DNA of 64,000 nucleotides from Amoebophrya sp. A120 (Eukaryota; Protista; Dinoflagellata): positions 8,120,515-8,184,514 of the forward strand of contig CAJINV010000005.1 in NCBI GenBank assembly GCA_905178155.1, read 5' to 3'. Shown in pieces: positions 37,231 through 50,015 of the stretch. Under the pieces are notes generated by a model. The model made no database searches. It was not told the origin of the DNA and saw nothing but the letters and a program-made list of their open reading frames with translations. How positions within the stretch are numbered: the stretch's first letter is position 1; the number at the start of each line of letters is the position of its first letter. A program made the translations under genes and the position numbers.

Positions 37231-38281
37231 TCAAGAAACCACCATGGTGGTCCAGGTCAGGTCTGGGCGATGAGAAGACGGCACAGATATACACTGACGG
37301 CGGCCGCTGCCAGTACTTTTCACCGAATTACGGAACCCGCTCTCCATTCCTGCACTTCCGTTAATTTTCCGGATCTCGCGGAATTGTATGCCCCCCCTCG
37401 CCGCCCGCCGGCCGGCGGATCGGATCGGCCCGCCTTACCGCGCTTACAAGAGGATGCAAAACCGCGCGCGGGGTGCCTGGTGGTAGTATCTCCGAGCCGG
37501 GCGCCCGAGCCTAGTGCCGCTATAGGCTGCCGCATCGCTCCGCCGAACACCTTCCCCCGCCCGCCGCCACCGTGGCCCCGTCGATATCGCGGAAGCGGGC
37601 CCCCATATTCCCAGCCGCCCAATAGGTGGCGCGGGGCCGGGTCGCCCCGCAACCGCCCGCGCCGCGGCACGGGCCCGGGAATGGGGGTAAGGCGTTTAGC
37701 CTTGGCCATCTTTTCTCTTCCGGCAAACTGGGGCGCTACCGCATAGACGCGAGAACTGGCGCACCGGCAAGGGCGCCACGCCGGCCCCCGCGGTTTTCGG
37801 TCTTCTTTGCCTGTAGATCCCGCGCGCGCCGCACACTCGGCCCGGGCGCCCGCGTGATGCCAGCGGGCGATCTCGGGCACGAACGAAGCCGCACGCCGAT
37901 TTTTTCGGTCCCGGTATTTAAGCTCTCCGCGCTCCTTTGCGCCCGGGCTTTTTCATGGTTTTTGGCGTCGCGGCAGCTTTCCGTGTCGCCGTTCGCGTTT
38001 CTTTGGTCGATCCACTCTTTTGACCTCGTCGCAGACTGATCCTCTTTGCTTTTTTCCGCACAGATTGTTTTTGGATCAATAAATTTTTTCGGGATGATGA
38101 AGTGCGGAGCGTAATTTCCGCTGGTAAAACACCGCGTTTTTTTTTCTTTACAAAAGTGACCCCCTGCCATTGCTAATGCAAGGACTTAGCCGGGATGTTG
38201 ATCATCTTTTTGAACCGCTACCGCAAGTAGCAGCACTTCTTCAGAACGCAGCAGATCTTCGAGAAAACAGCACGTAACAAA

Positions 38282-41200
38282 TTGATAAAGCCGATTCGTT
38301 TTGTTCAAGCACCATTGTCCACCATGGTGCTCTCGTCAACGGCCGTTTCTTGGTTTCCCCGATCTCATGACGCAATGCCAACAGCCCGTCCGCCGCTACT
38401 GGACGATGAACCAATTGCGAACAGTCGGACGACTCGGAGGAAAAGCGGCGCGGACAATGGTGAAAACAACTGCAAGAAGACCACAGGAGAAATAAGCAGC
38501 GGCTACAACCGACCAGGAACTATGAGACACAACAACGTGTGGTGCAGGGAAAAAACTTCTGCCTCTTCTGAAAAAAAAAGAAGCGGTGCAACATTCTCTC
38601 CTTTCCGCGCGGCACATAAAGGACGAGTAAACACTATGCGCCATACGGCACTTGCACTCGGGTCAATCTTTCTGTCCTTGCCGATCGCGGTCCAAGTAGC
38701 AGCCTCCACTACCTCTCCACCCGGCACAGCAACTACCTCCGCTACCGCCTGCAAAGTTTCGGAGTTCAGCATCCCGCCCGCGACCAACCAGATTCAGCCG
38801 GGGGTGTTGCAGTACAAATACCTCCGGTTTTTCGAGTCCGACGCCCGGCAGCCGCCGCTGGAGGAGGTGTTTTTCGTTCTAGAAGCGGCGAAGTACAACG
38901 CGACAGTAGTCGACCTGTGCCCCCTATGCATCGCAAAGATGTCTGGGTCGGGAAGGATGATACTTATCATGCTAGGTCTGGATCCTGCAGAAATCTGTAT
39001 TGCATGATTACCAAATAAAGCTGTTCACTTTAATAGGGGACCAAGTTAAGAGGGAGTTTCTCATGCAGGATAGGCATCCTGATAGAGATCTCACCGAGTC
39101 TGTCGTGCTAGGTCCTGCATTCCAAACCTTGCGGGTCATGGAATAAAATCTGCATAACAAGTCTTTCACTCCGCTCGACCCGACACATTTACACTTGATA
39201 GCCCGCCGCGTTTGCGATCACCCACGTGTTCGCTGCCGCGGTGTACTTGTACGCATCGCAAAAGTATCGTACTAGAGCGAACTGCATGACAAATTTTTTC
39301 GTAGAAAAATCGAATTTGACATGCTGAATTGCCTAAAAGATAAAGACTTGTCATGCAAAAATATTGTGAGAGCGATGCTTTTACAATGCACACCCTATTC
39401 CGCGGAACAACAGCGGCGAGCGGAGATGGGAGTGCACAGGATGCAGAACTGCGCCTCGCGACCGGAGAGGATCCATATCAAAACGAAAACAAGTTCAACA
39501 GCAACACCGACCGACATTTGCTAGCCGCCAAGCAGCTCGAGACGAAGTACGGCAAGCAACTGCTCCGCAAGGGCTGGCCGCTGGACGAAGCGTACGAAAT
39601 GTTCTGGAAGGAGAAGGAGAAACTCTTCGGGCCGCAGAAAATTCTCTTCAGCGCGAAATCAACCGAGTACAGCGCCACGCACGATATCAACTGAAAATAT
39701 GTCTGGGTCTGGGAGATTTGTCATGCATATTTTGCATGACCCAGGTGTCTGTAATGCATGACCTAGCATCACAGATTTTTAGGGGCCTTCCTGATGCCTA
39801 TTTCGCATGACAAATGCCCTCCCCGCGTAGCACAAACCGGACGCCTCTTGCTGGTCATGCAATACAGATTTTTTTAGAGTCCAAAGTTAGCATCACATTC
39901 CAGACACAGACATTTTTGCATTTGATACACGAGAAAGTGTTGCAGCACGCGGAACTGTTGGGGGGCGGAGCAACTCCATCTGGAGCGAAAACCACCGTTG
40001 TTGCTCCAGCTTCAACATCAACCGCCGCAGGTACTAAAAAGCAGACGATGCACATTTTGATCTGCCACTGCCGCGAGAATTTGGATTGGGTGATCGGCCC
40101 GGATTTTGTGATTCCTGGGCCAGTATCCGTTGCAAATATGTCTGCTGGGTCTGGAAACATGTGATGCAAGGAAGGGAATCCTGAGCACACTGTAACGCGC
40201 TGCCACGCATGACAATTTTTTCGGTGCTTCTGAGTTGCGTACTCCGCATGAGAAACTGCGTTTTTGCATGACAGCCAAAAGGAGCTCTTCGCGGCCACGC
40301 AATACAGAGTTCGGAGTCGTGCCAGACTAGCATGACAAATCTCGCAATCTCCCAGACCCAGACATATTTGCATTTGATAACCGGAGAAAAGGACGAACGA
40401 GGTAGAAATCACCTTGCTCATCTACGACAAGTGTCAAACGCCGATCGGCGAGGAAAAAACGGAATTGTATATGAGTTCCAAGCTGTTCCACGATATCCTG
40501 TGTGAAAGCGTCCCCACCCCATAGTCAAGATGGGGATTTTGCAACACAGACCTAGGAGTTTTGGGAGTCACGCATGACAAGTTGCATTCCGTAGTGTAGT
40601 GCGGGTTAGCAAGTGCAGCCGCATCACAGATCCATCTGTTTATCCTGTTCACAGCATCACAAATTCCAAAAGACGATTGGAAATGTCTACCATGGGTATG
40701 CGCATAACAAATGTCCTTGTCATTGCAAATCTGCGTGACAACTCTGGGGTGGGGACGTTTTTCAGCGTGATGCACGAGGTGAAATCCGTCCCGTGCGACG
40801 ACCCCGTCGGGTTTCGGAGGGATGAGTGCGTCGCGTACTTGCAGTACTTGGTGGAGTATTATGATAAATTTCCGGACTACTTGATGCTTTTGCAGTCGGA
40901 CGTGGAAGAGCACGCCTACTGGGGGTATATCAATCTGTGTCCAAGAAAAAAACTGTGTTAGTGTAAGTCTTTTGGGAAAACAGCATCACAAGTTTGTCTG
41001 CCATGACGGGACACTTGTTATGCGCAGATACAAAGGGAAAACACATGGGAAGCGAGCCGGTCATGCATGTCGAGCATGACAAGTGTAACTGTTTGGCATT
41101 TTCTGCATCACAGATAATTTACACTTACACAGTTTTTTTCTTGCATAATCTGGTCATGGAATCGATCGTGATGGGCACCGCGAAAAACATCCCCTTCATT

Positions 41201-43362
41201 CCGTTGAACAATGGTATGCATTGCAAATATCGATCTGGGTCTGGAGACTTGTGATGCTAGTTTGTGAATGGGGGGCGCACTCCTGCAATACGCAGCCATG
41301 CATAACAAGTTTCTGTGCTTCTTGTGTTTCGCTTTCCGCATGGCAGACTGCACTTTTGCATGACAGGCAAAAGGCTTATTATTTCCTGCTCACGCATTAC
41401 AGATTCTTTCCACTGTCATGTGAGACAAGCATGACATCAAACCTGCATTCTTTCAGACCCAGACATTTTTGCAACGCATAAACGGTCGAATCGTGCAAAA
41501 TCTCACGCCCTGTAAGAAAAAGATCTTCGAGGAGACCTTCGGACGGGTGCCGAAAGCGCTGGGAACGTATGGAATTTTTTGTTCTGATTCATGTGTATTC
41601 CGAGGTAGAATAAATCCACCAGCATCCGATGTCTACATGTAACTAGCGTGGTGAAAAAATAGAGGAAGATCGCGCGCACGGTGATCGTGAAAAAATTTTA
41701 GTTTGCCATTTGAAACTAACCTATCAGGTACTGTTGCGCCCAGTTTGTCGTCTCTCGTATCAAATGTAAAAATGTCTGGGTCTGGAAGAATGCATGTTTG
41801 TCATGCTTGTCTGGCATGACTCTTAAATCTGTCTTGCACGTTACCCAAGAGCTCCATTGTTCTGTGATGCAGGAACGCATCTTGTCATGCAGAATAGGCA
41901 ACACCTAGAAGCTCAGAAACTTGTCATGCTGAGCCAGCATTTGTGGCCTCATCATGAGACGCCACCCAGCATCACAAGTTTCCAGACCCGAACATTTTTA
42001 CATTTGATATCCCGGCAGCGGCTGCAATTACCACCCATCACGCGGTACCACAAGCTCCTGACCATGTTGGACGACCTATGGATGTGTCAGGATCGAAATC
42101 GACAAAGTTGAAATGATTTGCCATGCATAAAATGCAGCCCACAAAGTGCCTGTCCTGCAGAGTAGGCAAGTGAGGGAGATTGGAAGCCTGTTGAGGGGTA
42201 GACCTGAGCTGCTGAAGTAGCATGACAAAAGGCGTCTTCCTTCCCCAAACAGCATGACAAACTGGATTTCGGTACTACCCAAATTTGTCATGCGCCACTT
42301 GGAAACTGGGTTACAGCTGGCATCCATTTTATGCATGGCAAATCATTTCAACTTTGTCGATTTCGATCCTGACAGATCCATACGACCAGGAAGCCCCGAA
42401 GCCGGAGTGCAACGACATCAAGGGGCACAGCACCCATTGCTTGATGTACGAAACCATCTGGCACGTTTTGTGGGGTATCCTGAGTAAAAACGTCCCCACC
42501 CCAGAGTTGTCATTAACTTCTCTGTGCTTTAATTTGGTCTTTTCCAGTACATAAACACCCCAGAGTTGTCATGCAAATGTGCAATGACAGGAACATTTGT
42601 AATGCGCAGCTCCATCAGAGGCATTTCCAGCCGTGTTTTGGAATTTGTAATGCTGCAAACAGGATGAGAAAATGGCCTTCTCATGCGGGTTCCCTTGCCA
42701 ACCAGGACTACACTGCAGCGGGAAGCTTGTCATGCAGAGTTCCCAAAGCTTGGAGATTTGTGTTGCTAGATTCCCATTTTGACTACGAGCTGGGGACATT
42801 TTTGCTTAGGATATGGGGCGAGCCGGATTTACTCCCCTTACGGGGGGAAAACGTGGAACTGCCACTCTTTCTCCGCGCGCGGGACGTGGATAACGAGTCC
42901 TATTTACCGATTGGGAGCCAGTACATGACCACGATTATGTCTTTAACGACTGAATATTGTGAGGAAAAATCCCCCCTCCCCATATCGAGAAGGAGATTTG
43001 TGATGCTGATTTGTGGCTTCAAATCACCTTTGTCTTGCCTATAGGGTAATGGGAGCCTCGTGGCGCGTTCTACAGCCAATCTGTCATGCGCTTCCGACTA
43101 CTGCAAGCCTGTTTGCCATGCCTAATTGGTAGCCTTCTGCCTACCCGGACAGGCTGAGACAATACCGGCAAGCACTTTCTGCAAGACAGAGCTGACTTGT
43201 GGCCACAAATCAGCATCACAAATCTCGTCCATGCTGATATGGGGAGGGGGGATTTTTCGTCACAATACTGAAGACCCGAACGCCCCGCCCGCGGGGGAAG
43301 CGGTGAGTGATGGGCAGGAAGGGGCGATGGAGAAGGGAAAGGTGAACTCGGCGGAGATGTAG
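38282..43362 (+). CDS. secreted/membrane DUF3431-domain protein (start may be the Met at about 38637 before a signal-like segment)
   Basis: motifs ICHCRENLDWV, LLIYDKC, DECVAYLQYLVEYYDKFPDYLMLLQ, YCCAQFVVSRQRL, MYETIWHVLWGEP; 11 elements and one GT-AG intron. Confidence 0.75.
38925..39200. mobile_element. introner-like element, family A
   Basis: degenerate A TIR; DR ccccc/gcccg. Confidence 0.83.
39250..39392. mobile_element. introner-like element, family E (degenerate)
   Basis: gcaaaagtatcgtact / agcgatgcttttac ends; DR decayed; element+5 nt removal gives AAVYL|FRGTT. Confidence 0.75.
39685..39927. mobile_element. introner-like element, family A
   Basis: family A TIR; DR cacga. Confidence 0.88.
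40124..40379. mobile_element. introner-like element, family A
   Basis: family A TIR; DR gccag/accgg. Confidence 0.85.
40494..40772. mobile_element. introner-like element, family B
   Basis: family B TIR; DR cacga. Confidence 0.87.
40938..41147. mobile_element. introner-like element, family D
   Basis: family D TIR; DR atctg. Confidence 0.86.
41215..41480. mobile_element. introner-like element, family A
   Basis: family A TIR; DR aatgg/aacgg. Confidence 0.87.
41758..42009. mobile_element. introner-like element, family A
   Basis: family A TIR, near reverse complement of 2179-2430; DR tctcg/tcccg. Confidence 0.9.
42077..42382. mobile_element. introner-like element, family G
   Basis: long near-perfect TIR tatggatgtgtcaggatcgaaatcgacaaagttgaaatgatttgccatgcataaaa; DR cgacc. 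Confidence 0.92.
42476..42813. mobile_element. introner-like element, family B (internal duplication of ccccagagttgtcat)
   Basis: family B TIR; DR tgggg. Confidence 0.88.
42955..43267. mobile_element. introner-like element, family C
   Basis: family C TIR; DR ctgaa. Confidence 0.9.
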
Positions 43363-46300
43363 GGAAAAAATTGTTACTTTTGACCGTGTTCCCAGAAAAA
43401 GATTATGTTCACATTGTATCCAAAAAACGATAAATATGTCAGAATCAACACAAAAGCTGGATCATGAACGTGATACACAAGACAAAAGTTGTCGCTCAAC
43501 AGCAAGCTGGTGGTTTCTTCCCATCACGGTCATTTATTCGAGGCGAATAGAAGCTCCTCTGAATATAGGAAATAAATGCTACCTCCCGCTGTCCACGCAG
43601 CGGAGTTCTTGGTTTTGGTCCCGGAGAATTTTTGGATCGGATCTTGTTCAGCGAGAGGAAACCTTGCGCTTAGCTTTTCGTGCAGTATCTCATCTTGCAA
43701 AAAAAGGCTGTCCGCTTTCGTATCGTCCTGGTAAAAGATCATCGCCGTCCTCGTCGTGTAAATAAGTACACCCAAGTTCTTCTACTTCCCAGTTCTGGTT
43801 TAATACCGAGATGCTGTTGTAATTCACCCTCGTCTTTCAGGACAGACCGCGTTCCGACCTGTAATTCTTCTTCGTCCTGTAACCTCGTAGCTTCTTCGTC
43901 TTCTCAGGACCTCGTACAACTACTGTGTGCCAGAATTCTCGTGCAAAATCCTATCTTTCGTTCAAAGACGCTGACCAAGCGTAAGAAGTGCTCGTCAGAC
44001 AACGTTTATTTACAGACTTTAGACAACATAATTTTTGTTTTTCCCGTGTTGCTTCAGCATAATTCCTGCGAGGGCGGCTTATGCGCGACATTTTTCGAAT
44101 TATCTCTTCAGTGAAATAACCCCGCTCCCCCAATTCTGTCGGGTGCAGAAACGCGAGCAGAAGAACTTAGATCGTTTGGAGGAGTACTACTCCGAGTGTT
44201 TGTTTATCTCTTGGAAAAAGAGTGAAGAACTTCAACTGTAGCTGTACAAGAGAAGGATAAAATGGCCAAAGCCACTGCCATGATGCACCTTCTCGCGGCC
44301 CAAATGGCCGCGGCTATCGAGTCGTCGAAAACTACCCATTTCTGGGTGGGAAACGAGAACACTGGAGCAGCTCTACTGCAAGTGGACACAAGCAAAGACA
44401 AGAAGGTCGGCTGGGCCATCGGGTATAAACGCAGATTCGACGAGACGCATGTCGCAAAAAAGGTACATATCCTTACCTAAGTGGCTATATGATGTATAAC
44501 ATTTTTGAGATTGAGAATAAAGAGTGAGATAACACGGACTAACGTAAAGACTCAGCCAGAAATCAAACTGCTTCTAATATTGAGACTCAAGCCATCATTT
44601 TCACGATCTCGTGATTGTTGACAGCTAGTGCATCCGTTTTCTTGCCCCTTCGGGCGGACCTTGGACTTCAGGCCAAGCCAACAGCTTTGGGCGTGGATTG
44701 GTTCGCTTGTCGCAATGTTGTGTGACCTGCTGCAGCAAACACTTTTCTCAATACATTGCTGTTTCTTTCATCGATTCATTTGATTTTGTGAGAAAATGCG
44801 AAAAGGCGGGGCAGCTAAGTAGAGTAAAGTAAAGTCAAGCAGCCGGCCTCGTTCCAATTTCGCGCGCAGCTGCTGCGTTGTGCTACTTCGCCGGGCGAGT
44901 CGCACGTGTGTACTCTGCCGGGCCCGTAGGTGCTGTGTGTTAAGACCATCTACTGCAGCAAGGGAATGAAAAGCTTTAAGCGATGCAATGATGACGAATG
45001 GAGAAATACACCCTCATTCATGAATAATCAACACGACGAACTGAAATAAACTCAGGCAAGAGCGATAGAGGAGAAACCGTGCAAAAAAGCGTGCGGATAC
45101 AATGTCAATGGCACGCCTTCGGCATGGACGACGTGTTACAACCGAGGAATGGTTTGTCCGGAATTTTGCAATCTTTCACAGTCAGCTCTTGCTGATTGTC
45201 GTCCCGAGGCCCCATCTGCAAGGCGGGTCATTGACTTCCAAGTGTAGAGCTGACGCGAGCAGGTTCTGCGCCTTTAGCCATAGCGCAGCGCTTCGCAAGC
45301 TGTTCCGGAAGAGGGAACTTCAAACTCAAAAAGAGACTGTGGCTAAAGTGAAGCGCTAGAAAATTTTATGCAGAAGAGCCGAAGGCAAGATCGAGAACCT
45401 ATATTTTATCGAAAGAGGAGAGCGAAGTTTTTGTTTTTTTTTCATCAAAAAGTTTTTGAGCAGTCGCGGAGAAACAAAGACGATTTGAATTTATATTAGT
45501 CACCTGGCAGTCGAGAACCATTTTGAAAAGCAGTTAGAGCGGGCCACTTAAAAATAGTGCGGACCCGCTGCGAAAATGTTACAAACTGAAACGCTACTTT
45601 TTGACTTGATCAAAGTTTTTTCCTAATCCCAAGACCCCCTTGCCACCTTCCGCGCTTTTTTTCCCCTCCCCCTTTTGGTTTCTTAACTTCAGCCTTGAAT
45701 CGACGTGCACAAGATTCGGGCGTAGAAAATTCCGCCGAAGGTCGTCCCCAGTGGTTGGCATAGAACTGTAAAAGACAACGCGTATTAAACTTGCGCGTTG
45801 GATCGAAGCCCTATAGCTCCGGTGTCACTCACAGTGGTCGAGACAGAACACTACCAATTTTTCCCAAGCTTCACGTCGTTGTTTATTCGTTCTCGCTGAT
45901 GAAGCGGGCCGGCAGAGGTGCGCTCCCCTTTATTTTTTTGGACAACTTCTACACCCTACGCCTATCCCCATGTTTGTATGCTTGCGCATTTTCTACAACT
46001 TCAGAGCAGATCCTGCGCGTCCCGTCATCGCATCTATCCATGGCAGTGCAAACTGAAGTACCCATTTATGGAGAAGAGCGCGGTGAACTTGGCAAATCGG
46101 ATCGCATACCTACTGCAAAAATCAGGAGTAAGCAGCAATATGCGCCGCGAATGGTGTTCTTTTCATAGCAGATCGGAAAAATCATGTTGCAAGACTTGAG
46201 AAGAACATTCACAAAAGGTATTCTAAGAGCCCCAGCACAAGAATACTTTTATACTCTTTTATCAAGCTCTTCTAAGAGCAGCGGGCAGATTCTTGCCATC

Positions 46301-46482
46301 GGAGTCGAGATGCTAACGGCTTCCCCGTAGCAGCAGTTTTTTCTACGAAGTCGGTTGTTTCTGTTCGCGGATGATTTGTGGATTGGATCTTGTTCAAAAA
46401 GACGAGTTGTCTTACTTCTGTAGTCATGCTGAAGTGATGCACTTGAGCGAAAGCGCTGCACTTGATGTGCGAAGGACTCAAG

Positions 46483-46633
46483 CAGCGAACGACTTAACCG
46501 GGTGCACGACTTAAGGGGGTGCACGACTTAAGGGAGCGAACTACTTAAGGTTGCGAACGACTTAAGGGAGCGAACGACTTAAGGGCGCCACGCACCCAAA
46601 GAGCGAAGCACTTAAGCGAAGCACTACTTAGCG
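46483..46633. repeat. ~17 bp tandem repeat (gcgaacgacttaaggga)
   Basis: about 8 degenerate copies upstream of L2HGDH. Confidence 0.8.
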
Positions 46634-46735
46634 TTCCAAATCGCAACTGATTTCGCGCGTTTTATATTTATTGCCGCCAGGTAAGTAGATGTAGAAGTAG
46701 AACCATTTCCAGTGGTAGAGCACGCTTGTTCGTAC

Positions 46736-49448
46736 ATGACAGCCACGCGCGTGGTCATTCTCGGCGGCGGTGTTATCGGTTTTGCTTCGGCACGGCAAAT
46801 CGCACGGAGATTCGCCTTGCGCAGCAAAACCAAGTTGGACTTGTTCCTGCTCGAGAAAAACCCGTCTTTCGGCCAGGATATCGAACGCAAATATGTCTGG
46901 GTCTGCATGAGTGCAACTTGTGATGCCGCCTTTGGATTCTACACAAACTCTGCATTGCATGACCAGGAAGATGCCTCCCAGTTTTTGCTACGCTGGGAGG
47001 GCGCATTTCTCATGCGGTAGACGTATCATAGCGCCCTCACAAAATCTGTGATGCTGGGGTGTGCATCACAGACATCATGGGCCACGCAAAATGTGCATGA
47101 CAAACGTTGCATGTTTCCAGAGCCAGACACAGTTGCAATGGATACAGGAAACGACCTCCCGGAATTCCGGGGTGTTGCACGCGGGGATCTATTACCAACA
47201 AGATTTACGCATGTGTCAGAGTTGAAATCGACAAAGTTGAATATAATTTGTCATGCATAAAATGGATGCCAGTTTCCAAGTGGCGCATGACAAATTTCGC
47301 TGGTCCCTACATCCAGTTTGTCATGCTGTTAAGCAAAGAGGAGTGATTTTCTCATGCTACTTCAGCAGCTCGGACTGTAACCCCAAACAGGCTTACAATC
47401 GGCCTCACTTGCCTGCTCTGCAACACACGTACCTCGGGCCATGCATTTTATGCATTACAAATTATTTCAACTTTGACGATTTCAAACCTGACGCTTCCAT
47501 AAGATTCCTTCAAACACAAACTCTGCGTTGCTGGGCATAGCCAACTTTTGAAGTTCTGCGACCAGTACCAAGTCGACTACGATCTCTGCGTATCAAATGC
47601 AAAAATGTCTGGGTCTGGAAGAGTGCAAGATTTGTCATGCAGATTTCTCGCGATCCATGATGCCTGTAATGCATGGCCAAGCATCACAGACTTTTAAAGG
47701 GCTTACCGATGCACCTTCCGCATGAGAAATGCCCTGTCCATGTAGGACAAACCGGACCCGTCTTGCTGGTCGTGCAATACAAATTTTTTTAGAGTCCAAA
47801 AACAGCATGACAAGTTGCATTCATCCAGACCCAGACATTTTTACAATTCATACTGCGGAAAATTGATCGTGCAAGACCGATGTGGTTCATCACCAGAAGA
47901 AAACAAAACCGCGAAAGAAGAATTGTTGAAGTTGTATCACCAAGGGAAAGAATTGAATAACGTCCCGAAACTAGAATTGATCACAGACGATTCCGCAAGA
48001 TTGCAGCGCATGACGAACCAATTATTGAACCCGGAGATCAAAAATGCGATCTACAGCCCGGCGACCGGAATATTGGATGTGCACGGGTATTTGCTAGCCT
48101 TGCAAGCGGCATTGGAGGAAGAGGAAAGTGATTTTGTGAACGCGAGTGTCGTGTACAATTGCGGACTGGAGCAGCTGGAGGTGAAAAGTGAAAATAAAGC
48201 TGGCAATAGCAATACAAGCACTAAAATGCAGATCGAAACCACCCAAGGTGTCATCGAGGACGTGGACGTTTTTGTCAACTGCAGCGGGCTATGCATTGCA
48301 AATAAGTCTGGCTCTGGACACTTGTGTCCCTGTTTGGCGAATCATGTGGACGCCTTCATTGACAGCCAAGCTTGACAAGTTTTGGAGTTGCTAGAGTGTT
48401 GCCTATCTGCATGACAAACTGCGTTTCTGCATGACAGACAAGTGCGCCTTTTGTGTGGCGCGCATGACAAACTTGAGAGCCATGCTAGCTGTGCATGACA
48501 AACCCTGCATTCTTCCAGACCCAGACACTTTTGCAATCGATACAGCTTGTTTTCGGTGGAAATCGCGAAACACTGCTTGAGAGGAGTTCCTTCTCCGGTA
48601 GAAGAACTACTCCCGGACGCGGTGTACGCGAAGGGCAATATGACAGTGCACAACTCCCCTTCCCCCTCATGTGTCCTGCAAAATCCCAAATCCACCGGAC
48701 CCTTTTCTCTTTGGCACTTTTTGCATGACAGGTTCCGGAAGCCGAAACAGCACTAGAATCGGTTTCCAATTTGTCATGCAAAAGCTGCATTCATGCCAGC
48801 ACTTGTGTTGCTGCTTATGCCCTTCAAATGAGGGGGAGCGAGGAGGAGCTGTGCAGTTTTATAGGCAACTACTGGAAGTTGGAAAATAGCGCAAGCAGCA
48901 GCACTACTTCTACCAGTAGTACGGCAAAAGCAAAGAAGCCTGGTGACGTAAACCACTTGATCTACCCGTTGCCAGAAGTGGGCGGTCTCGGGACGCACCT
49001 GACGTTGGATTTGGACAAAAACGTCAAGTTCGGCCCGAACGTCGAGTGGATAGAAATTGAAGAGATAGAGACCGACGCCGGTGGTAAGAGTTCCTCCAGT
49101 CATCTATCAAGGAAATTGTCCAACCTCGAGAAGCAGTTCGAAACGCACTACAAACAAGTCCAGCCCGCGTCGGATATCGTGTACGAAAACATCCGGCGAT
49201 ACTACCCGGATTTACCCGACCATTCGCTGACGCCGGACTACGTGGGGATACGACCGAAGATAAAGTTGAAGAGCGATCCTGCCAGTGGCGGTGAGACAAG
49301 CAAGATACACAACGATTTTCACTTTCTGACGGATGGGACCAAAAATTCACAGATACACTGTCTTGGGATAGAATCCCCGGGTTTGACAAGTTCGTTAGCG
49401 ATCGGAGCGCATGTCGCGGATCTGGTTGTGGGGAAAGCTTTTTCCTGA
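46736..49448 (+). CDS. L2HGDH: L-2-hydroxyglutarate dehydrogenase (FAD-dependent oxidoreductase)
   Basis: VVILGGGVIG FAD motif, ETTSRNSGVLHAGIYY, CGKLIV, SPATGILD, KGNYW, LIYPLP..GLGTHLTLD, YVGIRPK, GIESPGLTSSLAIG; 5 elements removed. Confidence 0.92.
46879..47144. mobile_element. introner-like element, family A
   Basis: family A TIR; DR cagga. Confidence 0.87.
47206..47501. mobile_element. introner-like element, family G
   Basis: family G TIR, reverse orientation of 42077-42382; DR agatt. Confidence 0.88.
47591..47852. mobile_element. introner-like element, family A
   Basis: family A TIR; DR ctgcg. Confidence 0.9.
48290..48542. mobile_element. introner-like element, family A
   Basis: family A TIR; DR decayed cgggc/cagct. 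Confidence 0.84.
48639..48863. mobile_element. introner-like element, family F
   Basis: family F TIR; DR ggcaa. Confidence 0.88.
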
Positions 49449-50015
49449 TTTGAAGAATTGCGTCCGTCGTGCGGCAGAAAGACGGAAAATTCACATTGCA
49501 ACGGGCAAAGGGAGCTACCAAAGCTCTGTATCTGCTGTTCGCTTCTGTATGCAGCTGTAGCTTCTTGAGGTCTGAAAAAATGCGAGTTTTTATAACAACG
49601 AGAGGATCTACTGTTTGATCTCTTTTTCGTTCTTGTGTGATCTCGTTCTTCCAGTTGTCTTTCGAGGCTGTCACGAAAGGAGTGGTTCAAGATCTTTGTC
49701 TGGAAAATCATGCAGATTCGGATCGTCATCGTGCTTGTGCATTTGGATTTTTACCATTGTTTGAAGATCTCCTTGTTCACAAGTAGATTCGGTCTTTCAG
49801 ATTGTTTTTTGGTTTTCTCATTTTTGTCAGAGCTGCACGTCTGCATTTGCTCTGCATTCCGTGATCCTCCTCTCACGACCGTCTCGGAAGCTGTGGCTTT
49901 TCGGATCTTTTTTCAGTTGAAATAAATCGCAAGCTAACCAGAAGGTCGTGCGACGTCATCATGGCCGGCTTACGCCAGAACTGATTCGTAGTAGAAAAAG
50001 ACAAAAATTTTGACA

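Noticed and set aside
43436-46524. Short ORFs, including two minus-strand EQDPI-containing fragments and plus-strand 44262-44480
   Set aside because: No coherent gene model or family could be supported
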